Shown piece by piece: positions 30,271-44,277 of a stretch of 64,000 nt of DNA. The position numbers were made by a program, and so were the translations under genes. How positions within the stretch are numbered: position 1 is the first letter of the stretch; every line of letters begins with the position of its first letter. Origin of the DNA: Eledone cirrhosa (taxonomy: Eukaryota). The stretch spans positions 382,540,001-382,604,000 of the forward strand of contig OZ024741.1 in the NCBI GenBank assembly GCA_964016885.1, written 5' to 3'. A model generated the notes under the pieces. The model was not told where the DNA came from. It ran no database searches and was given only the letters and a program-made list of their open reading frames with translations.

Positions 30271-31795
30271 GTACTATATATATATATATATATGAGTGTG
30301 TACTATTTAATGTTATATTTTGTTTTATATGTATACATGTGTATGTATACATGCCTACATACAATAGAGATAAAGGGATGTAAACAAAAACTTCATTGAA
30401 AATGAATCTAAATAGAAAAATAAATATCGTCCGGAATTCATGGCAATTTCAGAAACTAAAGGAAAATATTACTACCTGTTCCATTGATGTTGGTAACACC
30501 ATGAATATAGCTACTAAGAAACGATGCAATGAAACATGAAAACAGCAATAATATAAAACAACACAGTATATAAAATATATTGACCTACTTCAATGAAGTC
30601 AAAAGAACATAGTATTACTAGACCTGAAAAATGCGCAAGCTCAAAAGAGCCATCGAATGTTATAATAAACCTTCACAAGTGTGGGATTAGAATTGTTGCT
30701 CAAAAATATAGTAAACATTATCTATCGTACACACTGTGGCATCCATTTATAAAAAAGAGACTCATAACGATCTCATGACGACACGATAATTATTTAAGCT
30801 AATGTTCAATATCTCATATTAGATGTTTAGTAATAATTAATACGAAATGCACTTAAACCGAATTCTATATTATAAATTCACTTAAATAATTATCGTGTCG
30901 TCTTCAGTTGGTTATGCGTCTCTTTTATGTAAAAGGATGCCACAGAGTACCCGATAGATAATGATTACAATGTCTTTGAGAAACAACTCTAGTGCCAAAC
31001 TTTTGAAGGTTTATTATAACATTCTGTGGCTCTTTTGCGCTTGCGAATTTTTCAGGACTAGTTTAACATGTTTTTAAAGCAACGCTTGTAATAACTCTAG
31101 TTAAACATGATATATATTAATAACAAATTATCGTTGTAAAGTAATTAGATTATATAATTGTTATTTTATAAATGATCTCATAAATATTATTGTAAGATGT
31201 ATAAAAATATTTTCAGACTTTTAATAGTTAATATGAATTTAAAAAATCATATATAAATTAACAATATAACTTACCAAAGAGAGATAAATATTTTGATGAT
31301 AAAACGACGAAATACTGGAGGAAGATTCGAAAGCGAAACGATAAATAAACGTGGAAACAAAGTGGCGGATGCTTTTGAGCAACAATTACTCTCGTTGGTT
31401 CATTAGCCAATAGGACGATGAAATTAGCCAATAAGACGATACATTACAAAAGATGTTTGGGAGACATCACCACGGCCAGTGATACCCTTTCACATTTTAA
31501 TTCACAAGCTACGTATGTATGTCACTACCATATGTCAGACAAGCAGACTTAAAACATTCTGTTGTTAGTCACTGCTGTCTAACAGATTAAAATATATCAA
31601 GCAAGTGAAAACGGCAAACATGAAGGTTTGGAGAATAGTACACGACAGACGTAGGGAAATAAGAAAACAATGGTTTTATTTGTCTTTTCTTTTGAAATAA
31701 ATTTGTTGTAGCCTTCCAAAAAAACATGCACACAAACACAACCCCCCCCCCCACACACACACGGATATATATACATATATATACATATATACACT

Positions 31796-31841
<46 letters not shown>

Positions 31842-33339
31842 GGTGTGTGTATGTGTCTGTGTGTAATATAAATGAAGAAAATGTAAATGGTAAGTTGTTG
31901 CTTTAAATTTAGTTTACAGGAAAAAATACATGTTTTTAACATAGGTCAGTTGGGTTGTGTAAGAAGCCATACGTTTGTCAGTTAACATCAATAAATGTTT
32001 TAAGAATTTATTTGTGATGAGAAAGGCGTTTTGATGGTTCTTACATCACCGAATGCCTTAGTAACATTTTTCTAAAGATACTATTATCGCAAATAAATAC
32101 ACACTATATCTGATGTAATGCCTAACTCACGTTAACCCACCATGCATCGAGTAGTTTTTTTATTTCTGATCATCCCGGTCTTCATGAATATTTCATATAT
32201 TTATGAATATATATATGAAATATCCATGGTATGTGTGTGTGCAGGAAACTTAGATACATTTGAATATACAAACGAAAACAAAAATAAAATGAAGTAACAT
32301 TTATTCATATGTCATATGATGCAGATGCCACTTTTCGTATTTTCGTTAAACATATATTTCCTTCAAACATTAAACAAACATGCTGTACATGAACTTAAAC
32401 TACAATGTTATACAATGGTTTTGTAGCTGGGTAACATAATTATAGACATAAAAATATTTGAAAATAATTTTTATGGCTTAACCATTAGACATTAAAATGA
32501 AATAAATGAGAGTGTAAAATTATGAAAAGATAACAGAAACAAAGCACTTGTAAACTCCTAATACAATGTGGCATTTTATGACTAAACATATTCTGCCATT
32601 TGTACATTAGATATGAATCTATAGACCTAAAAACCTTTATGAATAAATGTATATATATTATATTATATTTTTGGCAATATTTAAAACAAAAATTCTTCTT
32701 TCTACATTTTATAAATATGTCAATATTTATTTTCATGTCTAGAATTATTTTATTCCTCTAACGTATCAGTTTTCCATTGCACTTTTAAATGTGTTTGCAT
32801 ACGATTGGTGTTTATAAAACATGTGCATAACTACAAAGTGATAACACTGCTTGAATTTGTATATATGAAAAATTACACTCACTCTCCAAGATATCCGTCT
32901 GAATATGCTAGTGTGTTTTTTTCCTCCCCATTGTTTCTTCATTTTCTATGATCCTTCCTCTCATCAGTCTTTATATTCTAGTTAACTTCCATGTCTAATT
33001 CTCTCCTGATGAAGGAATAGAGTCCGAAATGTTCAGATTATTTTCCTGCTATTTCAAGCGTTAAACTAAAATGTATCCCAAGTAATCTGCCGTTTCTTTT
33101 GTTGTGAGAGAAAGAAAACAGAAAGATTATAGAATAGTTCCATAACTAACTTTTATTTGTTTTTTTTTTAACGCGTCTTAATGTTACTTTTCTCTTTCAC
33201 AAAAGTCGTAATGAGACCGTGTGTGTGTGCACGCGCGCGTGTGTGTCTCCGTGTTCTTAAATTAGAGACAAGTCTGTGTGTGTGTGTTTATTACCGTACT
33301 TAAGTTAGAGACATATACATCCCAGTCTACTGTCACATG

Positions 33340-33403
<64 letters not shown>

Positions 33404-33599
33404 GCAAAAAGTAAAGGTTGATAGTGACACCTCGATCTACTAGAAATATTATCAAAATCTATTTCAAAACGCACCAAACAGTCTTATACACAAAACACAC
33501 ACACATGCATGTGTGTGTATGTATGGCATGGAAGCCACTATAACTGTTGGTGTACCTAAAAGAAATAGGAAACAAATCTCCCTAAAAAAAGATCGTAAA

Positions 33600-33860
33600 A
33601 GTTGGTGAAAGCAACTGTGTGAACATTTTAATTAACCCAAGTTCTGCCGGACATTGGGCCAAGGAGCGTAAACTCTTCAAATATCGGTCGCTCTCAACAG
33701 GTATGTTGTTAATCCTATAGCAATTGAGACTTCTGCTGCCCTTGGTTCTAGGGCTACCTCCCAACTCACCACAATCTGCACTTAGTTGGCTACCCGCAGG
33801 TGAGCCTCGCAAGCCGGAATGGATTCTCCAGCGCCTCTCCCTCACCATCCTCTATTCCGA
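33600..33860 (+). pseudogene. CRE-like retrotransposon endonuclease 3' fragment
   Basis: Homologous (inverted) to 43000-43140; KERKLFKYRSLS, GEPRKPEWILQRLSLTI. Confidence 0.65.
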
Positions 33861-33889
33861 CCGCCGGAGCTGCTGGGCGGCCAGGGCGT

Positions 33890-36400
33890 GGCCCCCATTT
33901 GCTCATAATAGTGAATGATAGGGAGATGGGAACAGATGGCGGCAGGTGGTACTCTCCCGATTTTGGACCAGGCCAGAGAGTACGGGGTCCTGTCCAGCTT
34001 GAGCTTCCATATCAATTCGGAAAGAGCCGTACTTTTCCTTTTTGTCCTCCCTATTAATGGAATGGCGATAGTTATACCATCGGTCCTTAAAGCTCGTTGA
34101 TGTGACTCCTATGTAAAGGTGTTCAGAGTTGAGGTTTTTTACTCTACATCCGTACATTAAGTTCTTCCTTAGGCATTCATTACTAAGGGGGCATAATGCT
34201 GGGTTTCTGCAGGTGCAGAAGTGGTCGACCTCCGCGTGCCTAATGTGGGGTTCCCGTTGCATAGTATATGGTGGTCCTCCCGGTGGGGGGTCCCTAGGTC
34301 AGTTTGGGTTACTCGGTCTACCCTTCTTTCCCTCCACATGGTTCTGCCGGGTGCCTATATTGCCAGCTTCCGGTTGTGTGTGGTTTTTAAGTCTTTGATG
34401 CTGGTTTTTAAGTTGTTTAAGCCTTTGATGCTGGCTATGTGCTGGGCCACATTTCGCGTGGTAGGATATGAGAGGTTTACAGTGTGTCTGTTGAAGAACT
34501 TGCGGTATCTATGGTCATTCGGGAAGCATTTATCTAGTGCTCTAAAAAATGAGTGGACCATTCTGTTCTTTAGGGCCGCTGAGTATGGTGGGTTGTACCA
34601 CGTGATTTTTCTGTGTCCACTACTATGTGGCTGGGCTGAGCGTGTCGTGGGCTGTTGGGGAGTTGTTGGGTTGTTAGTGGTTCCCGCATTGCTGCTTCCC
34701 CTTTGGGCGCTATGTGTTCTGCTAACCTCCCGGCCCGTATCTCTGGGTGTTGTTACCCACGCTAGGAGTTCTACGATGGAATGGTCTTCCATCGGTCCCG
34801 CGTCCTGCCTTGGGGTTGGGGGCGTCGGGCTCGCGGTGGTTGATATCACCTCTGAGACCGCTACTCGTACCGGGTTTCCTCACATGGTTATGCGTACGAG
34901 TGCCCCTCGCCAATGTGGTGGTGTCGGGTTCATGGTGTTTAGTTATTTTTACTCTGCTTGTATTGTTAGCGTTCCCCCCTTCCAGATCCTTGGGTCGGGG
35001 TATCCGTTGAGCTATCCCCGTCATGGTGCCTCGGATTATATGATATATTTTGGCCATGCGCCGCCTTATTTAGAGCTGCGTTGTAATATTCCGCGTTGCT
35101 ATCGAAGATCTCCTTGCGGACAGGCTGGAGATCCTGTCCGAGACACTCTTCACTACGGCCTTATTTATGGATCTAGGATGGGTTGACTTGGCGTTAACAT
35201 ATACCAGTTTCTCGTTGGGCTTGTGATAGGGGTAGTATTGCTCGGTGTTCAGGTTTAGGGTGGTGTCTAGGAAGTTAACTACCTTTCTATTTGGGTCTAG
35301 TTCGATAATGACCCAATGGTTCTTAAAGAAATGCCGAATACGCCTCTTCATTCTCTCCACCATAGTGGTGCTCTGGTCATAGACTGTGAAGAGTGCATCG
35401 TCACTATACAATCAGCCGCCCAGGCAGGGGATTTCATCTTTTATCTGCTTCGGCAGGAATAGCCCGACCAGGTCCATTACCTGTGCGGAGTCGCTGGAGC
35501 CCATCGTGATGTCAAAGTTATTTGGCCAATCACCTCTGGTCCAAAGGCCTCCACCGAAACTGATCAGGTTCTTTCGGGCGGCGTGGATGATGCCCAACTC
35601 CTCGCGTGTTCGGTCCGTATTGGACATCGCTAAAATAAAGGCCTTATTGAGTACTATAAGAGAGATTGAGGAGTAGTAGCCTGCAATATTCAGTTGGATA
35701 AAGCTGGTCCTACTTTTCTCAGGTAGTATCTTAAACCATTCTATTACCTCGCCCGTGCATGACCATTGCTGTAATCTAGTTTTTTTCCGAAGCTTAGGCA
35801 AAATCCTATCCAGTAAGTGTTTACTGACGATCCCTTGTTCTGATCTGGAGGGGGCTATTAGTCTAACCGGGAGGTCGTACTCAAAGTTTGGCTTGTGGTC
35901 CTTAAGGGTAAACCGCGGCTCCCTTTGTTGGTTTGGGGCTGTTCTATCCTCTATGCAGAGTCTGGATATTATCCTGTAAGCTGTGGTATTGATCTCACCC
36001 AGGGTAACTCCAGGTGTTTTTTGTAGCATTTCCTCAGTTCCCAGAGAATTATTTTATTATACAGTTCAATGTCCATGTTGTAGAGGTTGTTGGTTTTATC
36101 GGCATGGACAAGTATTCCAGTTGTCTCTTTAAGTTTTGTAATCCCGTTTCCCAGGTCTCTGAGGTACTCCTTACTTGTGGGTGTGTTTCCGGAGAATTTG
36201 AGGTTGGAGATAATGTTGATCATCTCGTTTTCGAACTCCTCCATTAGCCTATTGTGGGGAGGGTTCCTCCTTGATCTAAAAAGGTACTCCATGATTTGGG
36301 TGTTGTTAATTTTAAGCGTTCCTCTTTCAAAGTGAAACGCCCTCCATCTCATCCAACGGACAAGGGAGTCCGTACTTCTGATGAGCTCACTGGTGTATTC
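33890..36400 (-). pseudogene. Penelope-like element 3 RT + GIY-YIG, frameshifted, N-terminus retained
   Basis: MRWRAFHF, HADKTNNLY, LKDHKPNF, RLIAPSRS, FDITMGSSDSAQ, YSDD, STHP, WYNPPY, CTCRNPALCPLSNEC, LYIG..SFKDRWYN. Confidence 0.92.
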
Positions 36401-36713
36401 TCGTTTGCCAGGTAGGGGGATATCCTACAGTGACGCCAAGGTTGCCAGTTTTTTCATAGTGACTTAAGTCAGCTACTGTTTGAAGCGCACAGCACGTGGT
36501 GGAGCTACATAAATTCTGAGTATATGTTGGTTGATTACCGACACCTAAGTATGCAGATTGGAGCACTCGACGAAGTACGCAGGTTGGTTTGGATACTCCG
36601 GAGTAATGTAAAATAAAGTAATTAAGTGGTGTGGTAGCGACAGGTACACATGAGTATTGACGGAGTAAAACACTTTAACAACATATGTAACTGTCTCTAC
36701 CACACCAATTCGG

Positions 36714-36768
36714 ACTGCCTGAAGAGGTCACAGCCAATGATGACTGTCACCGAAATATATATAGCAGT
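36714..36768 (+). ncRNA. Type I hammerhead ribozyme motif, antisense to and upstream of PLE3
   Basis: actgc-CTGAAGA-ggtcacagcca atga tgactgtcacc-GAAA-tatata-TA-gcagt; followed by AATAAA and (TA)n. Confidence 0.82.
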
Positions 36769-37472
36769 ACATCTTTAATAAACGAAGCCAAATTTTAAAT
36801 ATTTGACTTAATTACTTTATTTTATATAAATATATATATATATATACACACATATACGCACATATATGTGTGTGTTTGTGTGTGTGTGCGTGTGCGTGTG
36901 TGTGTGGGTGTGTGTATGTGTGTGTGCGTGTGTGTGTGAGTCTGTGTGTGGCTGAATTTGTGTGTACGAAACAATTAAAGTAAATTCTTTCAGGCGATGT
37001 TTATCACAACCACTCCTACATATATCAAAATTCAAAACAACTTGCACTTGCTTAATTATGACGTAAACGTATGTGTTTGTATGTGTCCAATCAATTATTA
37101 TATCTAAAATCAACGGATACTTATTGAAATTAATGGAAATCATTAATTATTTTTGACATCAATTATCGTCCTGTAATGGTTCTAAATAGCGATGAAATAT
37201 AGAAGGGGAAGGCACCCGGGACAGGTTTATGCAGTTGCATTCAATCTGCATCCCGTTTCAAAATTAAATCACGCCAATATAGATAATTGCTATCATCTAT
37301 CTGAATATAATAAAGTTGATGCAATTAAAAATGATACATGACACGCGGCTAGGCGATGAAAGCACTACACAGGTAACGCATTACTGATGTATACACACAT
37401 ACGCACAAACACAAACACATACACACACATACACATATACAAACACACACATAAACACACATACACACACAC

Positions 37473-37525
<53 letters not shown>

Positions 37526-37807
37526 TATATGTGTGTGTGTGTGTGTGTATACGTATATTGACGATGTTAAATTATCAACTATAGTCTCGCTTGCACACAT
37601 TACGCAATCAATGAATTATGGAGTGAACTTGTAAGGAACAAATCATGTCTCAGTGTGCTAAGCAAATGTATGTTAGCAATGCGGCATGTGCACCTAATTA
37701 GTTTGAAGCTAGGTGTCTGCAGATGCAGAAGACAAGTGCAGTTCCCACTTGCAACACTGCGCACACATACACACACACATATATATATATTTATATAGGT
37801 ATATATG

Positions 37808-37882
<75 letters not shown>

Positions 37883-37887
37883 ATATA

Positions 37888-37958
<71 letters not shown>

Positions 37959-38595
37959 GTATATATATATACACACATACATATACACATATTTATGTTT
38001 CTGTGTATAGATATCATTGCAACATAGCAATAAAACTATTAAAATGCATGATATACTGACCGAGAAAAATGATAAAAGAAACAACGTTATTCAGGGAAAG
38101 GGATGATGCCGATATATATATATATACATATTTGTGTTTGTATATATATATATATATATATATGATTTAGCTTCAAGCATAGCTGTATACAGATATGTAT
38201 AGAAATTTCGTATTTGTAAAGAAACACGGTATGTTTACAGGATAAACATTTAGGAAGCCGTAGCTATGCAAAAAACACTAGGGCTAACGCTCTATGGTAG
38301 GGTCCAGCCGAAGCAAAGGGGTGTGTGTGGGGGGGGGGGGGAATCGTCGACGCATTTCAGACTTAACTGGTCTTCATCGGGACTATCCCTCCTACACTTG
38401 CGTCTGCTGGACGGGAAAACAGTCGAATATATATAGTTATCTCGTCTGTGCAAATTGGGGGATTAATCTCATTTGCATATGAAGCTGCAAAATTTGACTC
38501 AACTTAGAATAGAAATAAGATTTAGCAACAAGTATAGCTGTATACAGATGTGTATAGGAATTTAGTATTTCTAAAGAAACACGGTATGTTCACAG

Positions 38596-38716
<121 letters not shown>

Positions 38717-38719
38717 GTA

Positions 38720-39098
38720 TAGTAATAATAATAAAATTGAAGACTAAAATCCAAAGAGGGCTCGATAAGGAAAATATATATCAAATATATAAGAACCGTA
38801 GAGCAAATATTTATTAAAATAACAGATTAAAGTTTAAGCAAAGAATCGCTGCTTTCACCCTTAACGGGATCTTCTGAAACTAACAAAGTCAATCTGTAAA
38901 CGCAGAACTGGATATTTCAAAAAACGTTGCAACCGGAGGAAGACAGGAAGACGATACCTTGGTACGTGGCAACGTTCGCTGGCAAAGAATGGGAAAAAAC
39001 GAATAATACGTCATTAATAGGAGCGGTGAAAAACAATTACGCGCAAAGACAGAACCACGTTTAGCGATTCTTTGCTTAAACTTTAATCTGTTATTTTA

Positions 39099-39105
<7 letters not shown>
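38720..39105 (-). mobile_element. PLE family A 3'-terminal fragment with short inverted arm (39063-39105)
   Basis: 38720-39060 is the reverse complement of ~50380-50720; HHR-like motif at 38831-38881. Confidence 0.9.
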
Positions 39106-39155
<50 letters not shown>

Positions 39156-39631
39156 GTGTGTAACATGTAAATCTGAACATGTCGAGGCCTTTAGAAGTAC
39201 TGTTATAAAATGTTGAATAGATTTGAATTTCAAATTTCAAGATCGAAAAGTAGATTTGAAAGGTTTTCAGTTAATTTATCGACCAGATCTGTCCACAGCA
39301 AAGAAATGGAAATTTGTCTCTTCCAACGTTAGAAATTTTGTCAGCCTCACATAGAGTAAACAGCACCAGCACATGCGAAGAAATTCACAGGACCACTGAC
39401 ATCGTGATGAGAAGGTAATAACAGAAACAAATTCGTGGTACTCCTTTTTAGAAATGCTGGTTCATTGTTTACCACATGATCCCGAGTTACAGGTGTCCTT
39501 GTGAGGAAAAATAATGATTTCATTTATTGGCCACAAGGAAAAATAATGAATAGAAGAAGCAATACATAAGCAATATTTCTTTCGTAATTGAGATAAAATT
39601 AACTTTTATTATTTCTTCCTTTTTTTTTTTA

Positions 39632-39968
39632 GGGCGGTGGATTGGCAGTATCGGGAGAGAGTCGGACACCATGCTTTGAAGCATAGAGTTACATCCCTTT
39701 ATGATCTGAGTTCAAATCCCGCCGAGGTTAACTTTGCATTTCATCCTTATGGGGTCGATAAAATAAAGTACCAGTAATGTACTTGGTAATTGCTGGCCTT
39801 GTGCCTAAAATAGAAACAATTATTTCTTCCTTTTTTACGTCCCTTTAAGTCTGAGTTCAAATCCCGCCGAGGTTAACTTTGCCTTTCATCCTTACGGGGT
39901 CGGTAACATAACGTACCAGTAATGTACTGGTTAATTGCTGGCCTTGTGCCTAAAGTAGAAACAATTAT
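39632..39968 (+). mobile_element. tRNA-SINE family 1: one full copy plus a tandem 3' partial copy
   Basis: A-box-like ggcggtggattggcag, B-box gagttcaaatccc, core tttcatcctt.ggggtcgataaaataaagtaccag, tail ggccttgtgcctaaa.tagaaacaatt. Confidence 0.85.
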
Positions 39969-40005
39969 TTCTCCCTTTTTTAGTATCTGTAATATTGGTC
40001 TCTGA

Positions 40006-40170
40006 TTTTAGGCACAAGGCCAACAATTTTGTGGGAGGGGAAACTCGATTATATCGACTCCAGTGCATAACTGTTACTTTATTTTATCGAACCTGAAAGG
40101 ATGAAAGGCAAAGCTAACCTCGGCGGTATTTGAACTCAGAACGTAAAAGGCCGTGATTATATACCGAAAA
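40006..40170 (-). mobile_element. tRNA-SINE family 1 copy
   Basis: Reverse complement of the same B-box, core and tail. Confidence 0.8.
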
Positions 40171-40249
40171 GCTGTAGTATTGTTTTTAAATTACTCAAGA
40201 TACATTTCTCACATGTTTATGTAATATTGTAATTTTATACTCATGGCAA

Positions 40250-41070
40250 GGGACTCCAAAAGCCATGTGTGAGGTATTCTGTCAAACGCCTTCTGTAAAT
40301 AAGTCCATGCCATACGCAGAAACGTTTATTTTCCTTCTACAATCTTCGGCTATGATCAATAATTGAACTTTACAGATATGTGAGGGATTGTAGCATAGAA
40401 TCTGCCTTTCTGGAAACAGGTGGAATGTTCCCTATTTACTCTGCATATCTTCCACTCTATGCATAATAATTGCGACTTTTATATTTCGTATGGAGATAGA
40501 TATTGTGTTGTATTTACTTTAATAGATTCTATGTTTGCTTGGAGGAATCTCAGTGTTCCAATAAGTAGGGATTTCAAAACATCTAATTCATACCTTAGTT
40601 GGCTTTTGTTGTATCCACGCAAATATAACTACTTATGTATGTCCTTGATGTAATCGTTATTGTTTGCCTGAATGTTATATAATTAGCGTTATATTATTGC
40701 TAGGAGATTTATTTATGCCCCAGTGGATGTCGAAATTTAACATGGATATGTTTGCAGGATATTCTTTTAATTTATCATCCTTCTCTGGTTGTTCCAATAT
40801 AAATAGTATATATTTTACCCAATCGGTGTATGTCACGCATTTTCATTCTTGATGGTTTGTTTTCTTTTATGGTTATTTGGAGCGCAGAGAACCTGGGCCA
40901 TAATGGAGGATCCATAGCTGCCGAGTCTTTCTGTTTATATAGCAATGCATTTAGAGATTTTAAAATGAGGTAGGTTGGAGTGGCGTCGTCACAAATCCTA
41001 TATGTTAACAAGTTTACTTTTCTGGTAGGATAAAAGGTGGAATATATACTGAAACCAGAAACCTGTTCCA
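40250..41070 (-). pseudogene. Highly degraded R4/Dong-like RT fragment
   Basis: Reverse-strand reading gives CKVQLLI and AWTYLQKAFDRIPHTWL (compare KDQLLID and W.DY.KAFD.VPHSW in the 19.7-22.9 kb element). Confidence 0.5.
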
Positions 41071-42259
41071 ACTTGCCACAGAATAAACCCTAATAAAATT
41101 GCACAAAGGACCAAGGGGTAGGTTTAAACTGGACGGTATGTTATGTTCACTATACAGAAAATGATAACACCAAACGAGTGGAATAAATATTTCAAGCAAA
41201 CCCGCCCGATGCTCATTTTATCGATTCCAGAGGAATGGAAGTCAAAGGATAATGTTGTTGTACCGCACACATTTAGCATTTACGGTGTGTTATCATGTAT
41301 ATCGATAGTTTTATAATTGAGTGTTCGTCTTGAATATTTTCTATTATTTCTGCCATTGGAATATTCGTGACAATCGCTGTCATATATTTATAAAGTCGTA
41401 AAATGTATACAATATCGTGGCACGTATTTTGTTGGAACTTGTATTAGTTTTTAATATTGAATTAATGTAACATATTACAATTCTATTCTTATTTGAAGTC
41501 TTTCGTTGATAATATGCTAATCAACAGCATAGAATGAAGTGCATGGAAATTAAGCATTCATGTGTAATTATTATTAATCCGAAGAAATTAAATGATCCCG
41601 TTAAATGAGCACAAATTAATGAAATAAATTGAAAATGAATCATCGAAGGAGCATCTATACGATTCCCGGAGTAGCTGGATATATCAGAATATATCAGGAA
41701 AAATCCTGCTACCTAACAATTAGGATAATTATAAATATATTGCAATCATGTATTTACAAAACGATGGCCTGGGTAACACAAGAATGCTCTTCTCATTCAA
41801 CGCTGAATTAGACCTGAAGATACAAGGAATCTGTATCATTATAATAACATATTACAGGTATACACTATTGGCAGAATTCGGAGAGCGTTGAAAACATGCC
41901 GTATGGTATTTAGATGGTGTATCTAACATCAACTTTGATTTTTAAACGATCCACGGTCGTGAAACTCAAGTAACGATTATTTTCGTGACACGATGTAAAG
42001 GATTTTAAAAGGTTTTTAAAAGTATTAAAAGTTTTGTATATGGGAATCGGTGCACCCTAGATTACTGTAAATATACATAGATATTAACGTACATACGATA
42101 CAATATACAACACGACAAAAACATTTATTGTTCTCCTTTTCAACCCACCCCACCCCTTCCCGAGTGATTTCCTCTCTTTAGACGCGGATCGCTGACCTGG
42201 GATCACCAGTCACATCGAGCAAGGGAAAGAAGTAGAATACATATGTACAATTTGTGCGT

Positions 42260-42307
<48 letters not shown>

Positions 42308-42899
42308 GAGAGAGAGCTAGATCCGAACTAACCAAGCAGGGGATCTGGCTCAACTATCAAGTGGTACAGTCCATATATGGGCATGTAGTCAAAACAAAAA
42401 TAGCAGAAGTATCAAATGAAACAATCCTAAAAATGTGTTGTTTTTCTTGGCCAATGATTTTGGGACGTCATGTACATGGTTAAGTTCCTTCATAGCGACG
42501 GGGGTGCTAGCTACACTGGCCTGTAGAACAAAGGGGGGGGGGGGTGACTTTCTGACCTGTAGATGCCGAGCCGATAAGCCGTTAAGAGAGAAATCTTTAC
42601 AAACATCTCTAAGGTAGATAGATGTGTGTGATAGTAATAATTATTTAATCAAAACAGTTAGAATATGGATGGTAATTCAAGTTAATACACTTCTTAATAT
42701 TAATATAGCCACGTAAGTTATATCTGATAAATTACATAAATTTCTATCACAATGCAATTGTAACCTAAGCAAACATAAAAGAACAACCGAACTCCCACTG
42801 TCATCGCCTCCATCTCTCTGGCCCTTCCCATCTCTCTGTATGGTGAGCAAATGGTTCTCAATGTCCTGACTTCCCCACAGCTCCTGCGGACAGAACGTA

Positions 42900-43620
42900 G
42901 AAAGCGTTTCCCCAGAGGGGGGTAACGTAGATGCGCTAGAAGAGTCATTCCATCTCGCGAGGCTCACACCTCCGGCTGGCCAGCTCAGCTCCTATGGTGT
43001 TGAGTAGGGAGGTAGCCCTAGAGCCAAGGACACCAGAAGTCTCCACTGCCAAGGGTACGACCGCAAACCTGTCGGAGAGCGATCGGTACTTAGAGAGTTT
43101 GGCCTCCTAAGGCAGACGTGCACCTGAACCTGGGTTAGTCGCACAGTGCACCAGGTTGCAGCTGGAGAAAGTGTCACTGCAAGTGGCATCCCAGACGAGG
43201 GGTTTGCCAACATGGAACGGGACCATGGCATGCTTGCTGGCCTTTTGCCATACACTCGGTCCAGCCCCACCGGCTCGAGCTGGTAAGGGAACCTGCAGCG
43301 TCCAAGCCATGCTTTATGACCTCGTTGAGGGCAGCCTGACGGGGAAGGCGGCCGGCATTGTGGCGTCAGGAAAGCGGGTGGAAGCCGAAAGAGTCTACGG
43401 TAGACATTGGTGTGGCTCGCAGATCCGGAGGCCAAGCCTCAAGGAAACACCAATGCGCAGGCTATCTTTATCCAACTGCGTGCCAGTGGAGAAGGAGGCC
43501 AAGGCATGGAGTCAGGCACAACTGTAGGGATTGGAGGCCGCACGAAAACAGGCAAGGTGGTGCTGGTCGAGCTTACGCGTGAGCCTGTCTGAGGCCAGGC
43601 TGCACTGGATGGCACCCCAA
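42900..43620 (-). pseudogene. CRE-like non-LTR retrotransposon 3' fragment (zinc finger + restriction-like endonuclease)
   Basis: [52 protein letters not shown]. Confidence 0.8.
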
Positions 43621-44239
43621 ATGGTTTGGGGGTACTTGACGTCAGCAGAGGAAGAAGGAGGAGGGACGTCTACTGGGCTAAGTCCCAGTCGGTTTCACGC
43701 AAATTCAGCTTATGAAAATCAAGCAAGGTTGTTATAGTGAAAGTAAATATGCCAGGTTTAACACTTAGCTAAAGAGCAAAGCGTATATATATTAATTCTA
43801 ATTAAATTCCTAATAAATGTAATTTTGTTGTCAGTTACTTTAAGTCACGGGAGGGGCACCTCAATACAGTAATTTACTAGTATTTTCTATTATAATGATA
43901 CACCAAAAAAAAAAAACATGGCTGTGTGTTCTGCCGGGTCTTTGTATATTTAACAAGAATGAGCATATCCTTGGTTAACCTAAAAAAAATAGAAACTAAT
44001 AATAGTCGTGTAGATAGGCAAAGATCCTCCTACGTTTAATTAGAGTGTGCAAATAATGAAGAAAAAAGAAAAAAATCTATTTCTACCTAAGTATGCTTGG
44101 GGTTTCCTCTAATTTAGTTTGTAAATAAGAAAGAGATACAGCCGAGGTCTAACCACCCGGGTCGTGAGGGGATTTGGAGGTAAGATAAGCCCTATGTATT
44201 CTGTGTTTAGGACATATCTTACCTGTGTGTGTGGGGGGG

Positions 44240-44277
<38 letters not shown>

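Noticed and set aside
34221-35186. 321-aa plus-strand ORF
   Set aside because: Antisense shadow of the GC-richer PLE3 coding region; no recognisable motif
39632-39730. Possible tRNA gene
   Set aside because: A and B boxes only, no cloverleaf; continues into a SINE body repeated many times in the window
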